Part shown: positions 29,487 through 38,626 of the stretch, piece after piece
How positions within the stretch are numbered: the first letter of the stretch is position 1
Layout of the letters: the number at the start of each line of letters is the position of its first letter
NCBI GenBank assembly: GCA_965231905.1
Contig: CBDDOO010000002.1
Location: 138,192-202,191 of the forward strand
Length of the DNA: 64,000 nt
Reading direction: 5' to 3'
From: Arenicellales bacterium
GTDB lineage: Bacteria > Pseudomonadota > Gammaproteobacteria > Arenicellales > Poriferihabitantaceae
Program-made: the position numbers and the translations under genes
The notes under the pieces: generated by a model
Told to the model about the DNA's origin: nothing
Database searches by the model: none
The model's input: only the letters and a program-made list of their open reading frames with translations

Positions 29487-31079
29487 CTACGCGATTGACC
29501 CCTCCAACAACTCAATTTGCTTTTCCCGCCGCGGTCTCACCGATTCGGGTAACAACCCGTCGATTGCTTTCGCCGGGACATTTCCCAGTTCTTTCGGCTC
29601 CAGCTTGTGCAACCCGCCACCGTAGACGCGACCTTCTCCAAGCATTGTCTTCGGGCAAATCTCGTTCAGGAATTCCCATACCTGTCGTTTTAATTCCGGC
29701 CTGTCCTGCAAGACGAGTTTAACAGGCTCTTTCGGGTACAACATCAAGTATACATTCGCGGCCGTCGCTTTCGAATTATTCAGTAAGAAGCGAAACGGCC
29801 TACCATTCTTTTTGTCGCTTCGGCCGAGATAGGTGCAGATGAACGGTGCTGGCGGCCGGCATTCCTGCGTGTACCACAGCTTCCGGTGTCGGCAGAGATA
29901 GCGATCAGCAATGCCTTCCGCCTTGCCCTCTTCAAGATAGGTCCACAGCTTTGGATAGCGCTCCCTGATCTCGTTTTCCGTCCACGGAGGGTCAAGCAGA
30001 AACAAACGCCGTTCCAGCATGGGGTTACCCTCATGATCACCCTCAATCTCGTTGTCCGGCACATAGCGCGGACTTGGCAGAATCGGCTTGAATGCTCCCA
30101 TCGGTAGCCCGCGTCGCTCAATCTCCTGTGCCGACAGGATGAAATAGTTGTTGTTGCCTGTCGCCAGACCCCGCTTGATTTTGAAGAAATCGCTCAGCAC
30201 CGGTCCCTCGGTCGTTTCATGACTTTCCTTCACCGGATAGCGTGTCCATTTTGGATCATGGTGCAACGTCTGGACCGGCACCAGCCGTTCCAGCTTCGGT
30301 CGTTCCAGTGTTCCTCCATAGGTGAAGCGCACTTCATGTCCTGTTCGAGGAAGTTCGTTACGGAACCACACAACGGCCGATGACACAAGTGCGTCGCCGA
30401 ACTGTACATCGGTCGGGTCGAAGCGATGAATGTGCAGAAGTGTCACCTTGCTGAGTAAGTATTGTTTTATCGAGACGCCATAATTCACATCCATGAACTC
30501 GCTCGGAATCAACCACCCCGCCAGGCCGCCATCGGTCATCCATGCGTGACTCAGGCCCAGGAAATAGCAATAGAGCCCGGCCAGTCCGTTGATCTTCACG
30601 CCACAGGCATCCTTTGTGTGCATCTTCAGTCGCTGTTTTTCGCCGTTGATGATATGGTGATGCCGTACATAAGGCGGATTACTGATCAGCAGGTTAAACT
30701 TTTCGGCAGCCTCCGGCGCTTTTGCCTGAGTGAAGTCCTTCAAGCGGATATCCAACCCCGTTTCACCCCATAGTTTCGATGCCGGTCTACCGTAATGAGG
30801 ATCAATTTCATACCCCACTGCTGCATGGATACGGGTTTGCGGGAACACGTTCAGAAACGCCGAATAGAAAGAGCCTGTCCCGATTGCCGGATCAATGAAC
30901 CGCACTTTTTCGTTTTTATCGAGATGTGCATTCGCATAGCGCTGAATATCTAAAGCCAGGCTAAGCGGCGTCGCAAACTGTCCCATCCGGTTCCGCAAAG
31001 CAGTGTCCCTTCCCGCATCCAATTCGTGTTGCAGGGCCAGCCGCTGTGCCTCTAGTTTTTCAAAGGCTTTTTTCATCAT
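29487..31079 (-). CDS. N6-adenine DNA methyltransferase (Eco57I-type gamma class)
   Basis: 530 aa. FIDPAIGTGSF (motif I) and LISNPPYVRHHH (motif IV NPPY). Confidence 0.85.
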   Translation of the reverse strand: MMKKAFEKLEAQRLALQHELDAGRDTALRNRMGQFATPLSLALDIQRYANAHLDKNEKVRFIDPAIGTGSFYSAFLNVFPQTRIHAAVGYEIDPHYGRPASKLWGETGLDIRLKDFTQAKAPEAAEKFNLLISNPPYVRHHHIINGEKQRLKMHTKDACGVKINGLAGLYCYFLGLSHAWMTDGGLAGWLIPSEFMDVNYGVSIKQYLLSKVTLLHIHRFDPTDVQFGDALVSSAVVWFRNELPRTGHEVRFTYGGTLERPKLERLVPVQTLHHDPKWTRYPVKESHETTEGPVLSDFFKIKRGLATGNNNYFILSAQEIERRGLPMGAFKPILPSPRYVPDNEIEGDHEGNPMLERRLFLLDPPWTENEIRERYPKLWTYLEEGKAEGIADRYLCRHRKLWYTQECRPPAPFICTYLGRSDKKNGRPFRFLLNNSKATAANVYLMLYPKEPVKLVLQDRPELKRQVWEFLNEICPKTMLGEGRVYGGGLHKLEPKELGNVPAKAIDGLLPESVRPRREKQIELLEGSIA

Positions 31080-32042
31080 CTATAGCCCGAATTTCCCGAG
31101 ATCGTTGATACGGTGCTCCCAGACCCAGTCGATGCCTTCTGCCGCCTCATAACCGAGATAGCCACTGTCGAAATATCCGCACAAGAACAAGGTGTAGCGC
31201 ACATTGTGACCGTAGGTTCGGCGCAGTTGACTCATTTTAGTGGCTTCCTCCTTGCGTCGTTTGTTGACGTTCGCGAAATCTCCTGCTGATTTCGCTTCGA
31301 TCAGCAACGGTAGTTCTCCTGCCTTCGCATCCTTCGGCATAACTACGACATCCACAGAGATATTAACCGGTTTGGCAGTACTTTCCTGAGCGACGGGTAC
31401 GTTAAGCCGAAATGAATATGTCCCCGGCTGCATCTCGTGATACTTCGTTCCCCCGTCTGCCGTCAGACTCTTGTATCCCAAGGCCGTCAACCATTCGCTG
31501 ATCATCGCGAGTTGACGTTTTTCCTGTGCGTTGCGGATGATTGGATTGGCAACGGCCCCGCATAGGCGATCAGCCACGACTGTCGCGGCTCGATACAGAT
31601 CCTGTTTGGGCGGATTATCTTCGCGCCCCAACCAGACAAAGACATCCGGGTCCGCCATTTTCTCGATAATCTCCCCGATCTTCTTAAGATCCCTGTCCAA
31701 CTCCCGAAGCGGCATTCGCGGCGGGACTCTGTTGTTTTTCTCCATTGTCTTGATCAGGTTGCTGGAAACGCCAGCAAGGCCGATCAGTCGGTCCATGGCC
31801 AATGGTGGACAAGTGGACATTCGCAGTGACGGCAACACCGAGGGCTTCGCCTTCAGCAGTTCCATGCCCACATTCGTCAGGTTCTTCGTCGCTTTCAGCG
31901 TCGCCTCGACATCCTTTGTGGTCTGAATCCGCGTCGTTCGGTAAGCCTCCGGCGCAAAGCGCATGAACCAGTCATTGTACATGTCCACTGACTGTGCAAT
32001 GTCCTGTTTCCACCGGTCCGGCTTGTCCCTGTTAACTGCCAT
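31080..32042 (-). CDS. type II restriction endonuclease (XamI-like family, tentative)
   Basis: 320 aa, immediately upstream of and abutting the MTase. PD-ExK-like ISVDVVV...LLIEAKSAGD. The N-terminus resembles proteins I recall annotated as XamI family. Confidence 0.6.
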   Translation of the reverse strand: MAVNRDKPDRWKQDIAQSVDMYNDWFMRFAPEAYRTTRIQTTKDVEATLKATKNLTNVGMELLKAKPSVLPSLRMSTCPPLAMDRLIGLAGVSSNLIKTMEKNNRVPPRMPLRELDRDLKKIGEIIEKMADPDVFVWLGREDNPPKQDLYRAATVVADRLCGAVANPIIRNAQEKRQLAMISEWLTALGYKSLTADGGTKYHEMQPGTYSFRLNVPVAQESTAKPVNISVDVVVMPKDAKAGELPLLIEAKSAGDFANVNKRRKEEATKMSQLRRTYGHNVRYTLFLCGYFDSGYLGYEAAEGIDWVWEHRINDLGKFGL

Positions 32043-32173
32043 TACGTGCTTGTCTTTATCTGGCCCTGATTATCAGTCACTGATGCTTCCCTCACCTTAA
32101 GTTTGGAAAATATAGTTGATGTGTTCACGATTGATCCTTGATCAGATGTAGTGATCATTATAAAGGACACCGC

Positions 32174-33262
32174 CTAACGATCGAAATAAATCAGGTGATT
32201 GATGTCCAGCTTGATCCCCAGGCTTTCTCCGACACCGTGGTCGTGGTGGGATGGAACGAGAGTGAGTACCCGGGTGCCGCTTGGTAATGCCAGTGTGTAC
32301 AGATAACTTTCCCCGCGAAACGCTTTCTTTATGATCCGGGCCGTCGTCGGGCTGTCGTCATCGTGAATGATGTCATCGGGCCGGATCAATACCTGGACCT
32401 TCTTCCCGGAGCCGGGTTTGATTTTCCGCAGGTCCTGTTGAATCCGGTCATCGGATACGTCACCGATCAGGTCCCGTTCACCGTACTGTGAAAGTTCACA
32501 TTGAATTTTGCCATCAGATACTAAAGTACCATTCAGAAACACGCCGTCACCGACGAAGTTCGCGACAAACCGGGTTTCAGGCTGATGGTAGATATTGTAT
32601 GGGGTTCCCCATTGTTCTATCCGGCCCTGGTTCATCACCCCGACCATATCGCCAAAGGTGAATGCGTCCTGTTGGTCATGGGTAACCAGAATGCAGGTTG
32701 TACCGATTTCCTTCAACAAATCCCGCACTTCCTGTCCCAGACTCTCGCGCAGTTCGAAATCCAGATTGGAAAAAGGTTCATCCATCAGCAGCAGTCCCGG
32801 TTTTGGCGCCAGCGCCCGCGCCAGCGCTACCCGCTGTTGCTGGCCTCCTGACAGTTCATGGGGATAACGCTTGCTGTAGTCGGAGAGGCGGACGTATTCC
32901 AGTATCTCTTTAACGGCCGCTTTCCTGGATGACGGTTCTTTTCCATACAGCCCCGCCTCGACATTTTTTTGTACGGTGAGATGGGGAAAGAGGGCGTAGT
33001 CCTGGAACACCATGCTGATATTTCTTTTTTCAGGGGGAATATTGACGCGGGCGCTGGAAATACAAATTTCGTGGAGAGTGATTGAGCCGCCAGCCAGTTT
33101 CTGAAAACCTGCAATTGCCCGTAATACAGTAGTTTTCCCGCAACCACTCGGGCCGAGAAGACAGGCCAGCGCGCCCTCTTCCAGGTCGAAGGAAGTCTGA
33201 TCGACGGCGCTCTCACTTTCGTATCGACAGCTGATGTTATCTACTTTCAGGATAGAGGACAT
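32174..33262 (-). CDS. fbpC: Fe(3+)/polyamine-type ABC transporter ATP-binding protein
   Basis: 362 aa. Walker A GPSGCGKTT, signature LSGGQQQR, Walker B LLLMDEP. Confidence 0.85.
   Translation of the reverse strand: MSSILKVDNISCRYESESAVDQTSFDLEEGALACLLGPSGCGKTTVLRAIAGFQKLAGGSITLHEICISSARVNIPPEKRNISMVFQDYALFPHLTVQKNVEAGLYGKEPSSRKAAVKEILEYVRLSDYSKRYPHELSGGQQQRVALARALAPKPGLLLMDEPFSNLDFELRESLGQEVRDLLKEIGTTCILVTHDQQDAFTFGDMVGVMNQGRIEQWGTPYNIYHQPETRFVANFVGDGVFLNGTLVSDGKIQCELSQYGERDLIGDVSDDRIQQDLRKIKPGSGKKVQVLIRPDDIIHDDDSPTTARIIKKAFRGESYLYTLALPSGTRVLTLVPSHHDHGVGESLGIKLDINHLIYFDR
32175..32422. repeat. 248-bp direct repeat, copy 2 (3' end of intact fbpC)
   Basis: Pairs with 27308-27555. Confidence 0.9.
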
Positions 33263-33308
33263 GGGCCTGGATGCAGCGTCAAGATGACAAGTTGATCGGG
33301 AACAGGAA

Positions 33309-35024
33309 TCAGTCGGCTTTTTGTTTCAGCAACTGAGAATACGAAATTGTTTTGCTCAAGACAATAACCGGAACCAGCCCCGTCAGGACGATCATCAACG
33401 CGGACAGGGCGCTGTGTTCTATCATTTCGTCCGAAGCGAACAGGTACACATGGGTGGCAAGCGTTTCAAAGTTGAAGGGCCTCAGCAGCAGGGTGGCTGG
33501 CAGTTCCTTCATGCAATCGACGAATACGATCAGCATGGCGGTAAAGATGCCGCTTTTGATCAGTGGGATATGAAACAGGCGAAGGGTTCGCAATGGGGGG
33601 TGGCCCAGGGTGCGGGCAGCCATGTCGATAGACCCCGGAACCTTGGAGAAGCTGGATTCGATGCTGCCCGTGGAAATCGCGAGAAACCGGATAATATAGG
33701 TGAGGATCAGCGCGAAGATGGTGCCGGTCAGTATCAGTCCGGTCGAGAAGCCGAAATGCAGCCTGGAAAGGCCATCGACCCAGTTCTCGAACGTGGTCAG
33801 GGAAATGACGATTCCCACTGCCAGAACCGAACCGGGAACCGCATATCCGAGTGATGAGATTTTCGACAGGGAAGTGAACCAGGACGGGGTGATGATTCTC
33901 CGGGAATAGACAATCACAATGGAAATGGCGGCGCAACTGACCGCGGCGATGCCGGAAACGGTCAGGCTGTTGAATGCGTATTCACGAAACTCCGTAGTCC
34001 AGGACTGATCGAAATACCGTATGCCATAATGGACCAGCATGGCAAAGGGGATCAGGAATCCGGCCAGGACCGGCAGAAAGCAGAGGGTAAAGGCAATCCA
34101 TTTGGCGATGCCGTGTAACGGGGTCTTTTCCCGGCGGGTGAATCTGCCGGCGCTCTGGTAAAAACGGATTTTGCTTCGTCCGGCCTGTTCCAGAGCCAGC
34201 AGGATCAGCACGAAAGTCAGCATGACCAGCGCTATCTGGGCCGCCCCGCCCAGATTATTCATGTTCAACCAGACATCGAACAAGCCTGCGGTCAGGGCAT
34301 GTACGGCGAAATAATCCACCGTGCCGAAGTCGTTGAGTGTTTCCATCAGCGCCAGGGCGGTGCCGATGGCGATACCCGGCCTGGCGATAGGCAGGGAAAC
34401 AAACAGAAACGTATTGAAGCGGGATCGCCCCATCAGGCGGCATGCGTCGAGTAAATGAGGAGATTGTTCGAGAAATGAAGAACGCGCCATCAGATAAACG
34501 TAAGGGTATAGCGTCAGACCCATCAGCATGATGGCGCCGCCCATGCTGCGCACGTTCGGGAACCAGTAATCCCTGGCGAGTTCCCAGCCGAAGATTTCTC
34601 TCAAGAAGCCTTGAACCGGCCCGGCAAATTCGAGCAGGTCAGTATAAAGATAGGCGATCACATAAGCAGGCACGGCCAATGGCAGTAATAGCATCCATTC
34701 GAAAATCCGGCTACCGGGAAATGACCAGGCGCTGATCAGCCAGGCGGTGGTGACCCCTGTCAAAAAAACCGATATCCCGACACCCGCCATCAATATAAAG
34801 GTATTCGACAGATAGCGCGGCAGGGAGGTGCTTACCAGATGGGGCCATATATTTTCTGTTGGTGAAAACGCCACCCAAATGATGGCCATCAGCGGCAACA
34901 GGGCGACCAGCGCCACGCAAACGGCGCCCGTCCCCCAGAAGCTGCCCCCAGGGCCGGACCCTGAATGGCCAGGGTTTACGTCGGCGGGGGAGCCGACAGA
35001 ACGCTCAATTGTCGTAGCCGACAC
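33309..35024 (-). CDS. fbpB: iron(III) ABC transporter permease (duplicated two-module type)
   Basis: 571 aa, highly hydrophobic, with two permease modules. Sits between the ATPase and SBP genes. Confidence 0.8.
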   Translation of the reverse strand: MSATTIERSVGSPADVNPGHSGSGPGGSFWGTGAVCVALVALLPLMAIIWVAFSPTENIWPHLVSTSLPRYLSNTFILMAGVGISVFLTGVTTAWLISAWSFPGSRIFEWMLLLPLAVPAYVIAYLYTDLLEFAGPVQGFLREIFGWELARDYWFPNVRSMGGAIMLMGLTLYPYVYLMARSSFLEQSPHLLDACRLMGRSRFNTFLFVSLPIARPGIAIGTALALMETLNDFGTVDYFAVHALTAGLFDVWLNMNNLGGAAQIALVMLTFVLILLALEQAGRSKIRFYQSAGRFTRREKTPLHGIAKWIAFTLCFLPVLAGFLIPFAMLVHYGIRYFDQSWTTEFREYAFNSLTVSGIAAVSCAAISIVIVYSRRIITPSWFTSLSKISSLGYAVPGSVLAVGIVISLTTFENWVDGLSRLHFGFSTGLILTGTIFALILTYIIRFLAISTGSIESSFSKVPGSIDMAARTLGHPPLRTLRLFHIPLIKSGIFTAMLIVFVDCMKELPATLLLRPFNFETLATHVYLFASDEMIEHSALSALMIVLTGLVPVIVLSKTISYSQLLKQKAD

Positions 35025-36018
35025 GATCCGCGATTTTCGAGGCTTCAGCGCGATTGGCCGCCACCGCCGTCAGACTTACGCTGTCCTGTTTGAACGCGCC
35101 CCAGGCCCTGACTGCATCCGCCAACTCGATACCGGGCTTTACGGCATATTCTCCGTTGAGCTGCGCGTACATCTCCTGCGCTGTGCCGCTTGCCAGAAAT
35201 CTCATCAGTTTCAGCGCGTTGTCCCTGTTCGGCGCATGTCGGGTCATCGCCATTCCGCTTACGTTCATGTGCGCGCCGCGGCCGTCCTGATTGGGAAACA
35301 CGACATTGACCGCGTCTGCCCACGCTTTTTGATCCGGATTCGAGATCATTTTGTACATGTAATAATGGTTGATTACGGCGATATCGCATACGCCTTCCTT
35401 GATCGCCTTGACCTGCGCCCGGTCATTGCCTTCCGGTTTGCGCGCCCGGTTGGATTTTACATTTTGCAGCCATTCCTGCGCCCCTTCCACTCCATGATGC
35501 ACAATCATCGAAGCGATCAATGCCACCATATAGGAGTGTTTCCCGGACCGGGTGCAGACCAGGCCCTTGAATTCGGGCTTGGCGAGGTCTTCATAAGTCG
35601 AGACAGCGCCATCGGCGACCCGGTCCCTGGAGGTGACGATAACCCTGGCTCTGGAGGTGAGGCCGTACCAGTGATTACCAGCGTCTCTCAAGTTTTCCGG
35701 GATATTGTCCAACAGGGTTTGATCCGTCACGGCCTGGGTCAGGTTCGCGTTCTTGATGTCAGACAGGCGGCCGATGTCTACCGTGAACACCAGGTCAGCC
35801 GGGCTGTTTCTGCCTTCGCTTTTCAACTTCTCCAGCATCCCCTTTTTGGCGAAGACAACATTGACTGCGATACCCGTATCCGCGGTAAACCGATCAAACA
35901 TGGGTTGAATCAATTCCGGGTTCCGGTAGGAATATACATTGACCTCTTCCGAGGTGTAACCCGTTTCCACAAGCCCGATAAAGAGCGCGGATGCGATAAC
36001 AAGATATTTTGATTTCAT
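35005..36018 (-). CDS. fbpA: Fe(3+) ABC transporter periplasmic substrate-binding protein
   Basis: 337 aa. Signal peptide, then VNVYSYRNPELIQPMFDRFTADTGIAVNVVFA...NSPADLVFTVD, typical of FbpA/AfuA. Confidence 0.8.
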   Translation of the reverse strand: MKSKYLVIASALFIGLVETGYTSEEVNVYSYRNPELIQPMFDRFTADTGIAVNVVFAKKGMLEKLKSEGRNSPADLVFTVDIGRLSDIKNANLTQAVTDQTLLDNIPENLRDAGNHWYGLTSRARVIVTSRDRVADGAVSTYEDLAKPEFKGLVCTRSGKHSYMVALIASMIVHHGVEGAQEWLQNVKSNRARKPEGNDRAQVKAIKEGVCDIAVINHYYMYKMISNPDQKAWADAVNVVFPNQDGRGAHMNVSGMAMTRHAPNRDNALKLMRFLASGTAQEMYAQLNGEYAVKPGIELADAVRAWGAFKQDSVSLTAVAANRAEASKIADRVGYDN

Positions 36019-36053
36019 GACAATTTCAAGGTGAATGTCAGGATGGGGTGCGA

Positions 36054-36082
36054 ATAATATTCTAAATGCAAATAATTATCAA
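36054..36082 (-). promoter_or_regulatory. sigma70-type promoter of the fbpABC operon (TTGATA-17 nt-TATTAT)
   Basis: Read on the minus strand: -35 at 36082-36077 and -10 at 36059-36054, about 35 nt upstream of the fbpA ATG. Confidence 0.5.
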
Positions 36083-36089
36083 CATCATT
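36071..36089. promoter_or_regulatory. candidate Fur box
   Basis: AATAATTATCAACATCATT matches GATAATGATAATCATTATC at 13/19 positions. It overlaps the -35 element and lies inside the dyad AAATGCAAAT...ATTCGCATTT (36064-36096). Confidence 0.5.
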
Positions 36090-36196
36090 CGCATTTATTT
36101 TTACATTCCAGCTTTTACTTCCTTGCGCCCGGGTCAAAAGGTACAATCGCGCTTCATCCCGAAGCTTCACCCTGATACCCGATTACCTCGAAAAAC

Positions 36197-37948
36197 ATGA
36201 AAAACACGGTCATACGACTCCTCTGTCAGGCAGTCAGCGTATTGAAAATTCCGGCTGTGACGGGTGAATCAGTCATTGATCTGATCCGTGTCGAGCGTAC
36301 ACGGGATTCCAGCCATGGGGATTTTGCCTGCAATCTTGCATTGAAACTCGCCAAACCGCTTAAACAGAATCCCCGTGTTCTGGCAGAAGAAATTGTTGCG
36401 GCCATGCCGGCCTCACAACTGGATTCGGGACAGATCAGGAAGGTCGAAATTGCCGGGCCTGGTTTTATCAATTTTTATTTCAGGCGAGAGGCGTATTACA
36501 AGCTGATCAGCCATATACAGGCTCACGCCAATGACTATGGTAAGAGTGATTCCGGTCATGGTCAGCGTATCATGGTGGAGTTCGTTTCCACCAACCCTAC
36601 AGGCCCGTTACATGTCGGTCATGGCCGCGGCGCCGCCTTTGGTGATGCGCTGGTTCGTGTTTTAAGGGCGGCGGGTTATGATACGCATAGCGAATACTAC
36701 ATCAATGACGCCGGCCGGCAGATGGACATTCTGGCAGTGAGTGTGTGGATGCGCTATCTTGAGTTGTGTGGCCGCGAAATCGTTTTTCCGGCCAATGCCT
36801 ACCAGGGTGAATATGTAAAGGATATTGCCGGAAGATTAAGACAGATGAAAGGCGATGCCTGTTGTGCGGACACCGGGGAGCTTTTTTGTGATCTGCCGGA
36901 AGATGTCGAGCAGTCAATCGACAGGCTGATCAGACGTTGCAAGCAGGCTCTGGGGCCAACAGACTACGAAGTGGTGTTTGATCTTGCCTGTGACGCCATG
37001 GTGGAAGACATTCGTCAGGATCTGGAAGAATTCGGCGTGGTATTCCAGGAGTGGTTTTCGGAACGAAGCCTGCTGGACAGGGATGACATCCGTCAGGCTA
37101 TTGCGACACTTGAGAAAAATGGCCATATTTTCGAGAAAGAAGGCGCCTTATGGTTCAGGGCAACCGACTTCGGTGACGAAAAGGACCGTGTCGTGGTCAG
37201 GGCCAACGGCGCTCATACCTATTTTGCTTCTGATATTGCCTATCATTACAACAAGGCGGAACGCGGCTTTGACCGTATTATCAATATCTTTGGCTCGGAT
37301 CACCATGGTTACATAAAGAGGATTGAAGCTTCTTTCGAAGCGTTGGGCAATGACCCTGAGCGCCTGAAATTTTTATTGGTGCAGTTTGCGGCGCTGTATC
37401 GCGGTAACCAGAAAGTTTCAATGTCTACGCGTGACGGCCAGTTTGTGACACTGCGGGAATTGAGGAAGGAAGTTGGAAATGATGCGGCCCGATTTTTTTA
37501 TGTGTTGCGAAAGCCCGACCAGCACATGGAGTTTGATCTTGAACTTGCGAAATCCCGGTCATCGGACAATCCGGTTTATTACATTCAGTATGCGCATGCG
37601 AGAATTTGCAGCGTATTTCGGCAACTCGATGAAAAAGCCATGCCGGACCCGGGTGATGCAGGCGCTGACTACAGCCTGCTGACCGAATCCCGGGAAATGG
37701 ATCTTCTGGTCGCCGTGTCGCGTTTCCCGGAAGTGGTCGAACTTGCGGCTGACAGCTATGAGCCTCATCAACTGGCATATTATCTGCGTGACCTCGCTCA
37801 TGCGTTCCATACCTATTATAACGCCCATCCGTTTCTTTCCAGCACAGACGAACTGAGGTGGGCGCGTTTGGGGTTGATTGACGCCGCGCGGGTCGTGATT
37901 GCGAATGGTCTGGCAATGCTGGGCGTAACCGCGCCGGACAGGATGTAA
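36197..37948 (+). CDS. argS: arginine--tRNA ligase
   Basis: 583 aa. PTGPLHVGHGRG (HIGH) and SMSTRDG (KMSK-like). Confidence 0.92.
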   Translation: MKNTVIRLLCQAVSVLKIPAVTGESVIDLIRVERTRDSSHGDFACNLALKLAKPLKQNPRVLAEEIVAAMPASQLDSGQIRKVEIAGPGFINFYFRREAYYKLISHIQAHANDYGKSDSGHGQRIMVEFVSTNPTGPLHVGHGRGAAFGDALVRVLRAAGYDTHSEYYINDAGRQMDILAVSVWMRYLELCGREIVFPANAYQGEYVKDIAGRLRQMKGDACCADTGELFCDLPEDVEQSIDRLIRRCKQALGPTDYEVVFDLACDAMVEDIRQDLEEFGVVFQEWFSERSLLDRDDIRQAIATLEKNGHIFEKEGALWFRATDFGDEKDRVVVRANGAHTYFASDIAYHYNKAERGFDRIINIFGSDHHGYIKRIEASFEALGNDPERLKFLLVQFAALYRGNQKVSMSTRDGQFVTLRELRKEVGNDAARFFYVLRKPDQHMEFDLELAKSRSSDNPVYYIQYAHARICSVFRQLDEKAMPDPGDAGADYSLLTESREMDLLVAVSRFPEVVELAADSYEPHQLAYYLRDLAHAFHTYYNAHPFLSSTDELRWARLGLIDAARVVIANGLAMLGVTAPDRM

Positions 37949-37974
37949 GTCGGCGCTCATCGGAATACAGGATC

Positions 37975-38607
37975 ATGCCCCAGGCAAAACGAACGGCCCG
38001 CAAGCGCTCAGCGCCACCCAGGCGTAGGTTATCTCATGGTTTCGGAATGCTGATTGTCGGCATGATAACCGGTTCACTGGCAACCATTCTCTGGCAGGGG
38101 ATGCGGATTGGAGATAGTGGAACAGGAAGCGGTATCCGCAAGGTGGTCGAACAATCCCTGCAGCAATCCAGAGAGGAAGATCAGGAAACCTCTGGTCAAA
38201 AGATCAACCAGACAGACAAGCCGGTAGAGCAACAGACCCGTTTCGATTTTTTTACGGTATTGCCCGAGATTGAGATGGTGGTGCCGGGTAGCGAGCCTCC
38301 ATCGCCTGAGGCCACGGATGAAAAACCAGATCCTCCCGCAGCCATTCAGACGGTATCGAAGAAAAGCGCATACATGTTGCAGGCAGGCTCTTACCGGAAA
38401 AAAAACGACGCCGATCAATTGAAAGCCAAATTAGCGCTCTGGGGGCACGCGTCGCAGATACAAAAAGTCACAATCCAGGGTCGGGGTGATTTTTATCGTG
38501 TGCGGCTTGGCCCTTATTTCAGCTATGACGAGATGGTGGACGCCGACAAGAGTCTGGCTTCTTTTGGCATTGAATCGTTAAGACTCAAGATATCCGGGGG
38601 CGGGTGA
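37975..38607 (+). CDS. SPOR domain-containing protein
   Basis: 210 aa. N-terminal TM segment, low-complexity linker, and a C-terminal SPOR-like YMLQAGSYRKKNDADQLKAKLA...FYRVRLGPY. Confidence 0.75.
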   Translation: MPQAKRTARKRSAPPRRRLSHGFGMLIVGMITGSLATILWQGMRIGDSGTGSGIRKVVEQSLQQSREEDQETSGQKINQTDKPVEQQTRFDFFTVLPEIEMVVPGSEPPSPEATDEKPDPPAAIQTVSKKSAYMLQAGSYRKKNDADQLKAKLALWGHASQIQKVTIQGRGDFYRVRLGPYFSYDEMVDADKSLASFGIESLRLKISGGG

Positions 38608-38626
38608 GGGTTATACCGGTGAGATC

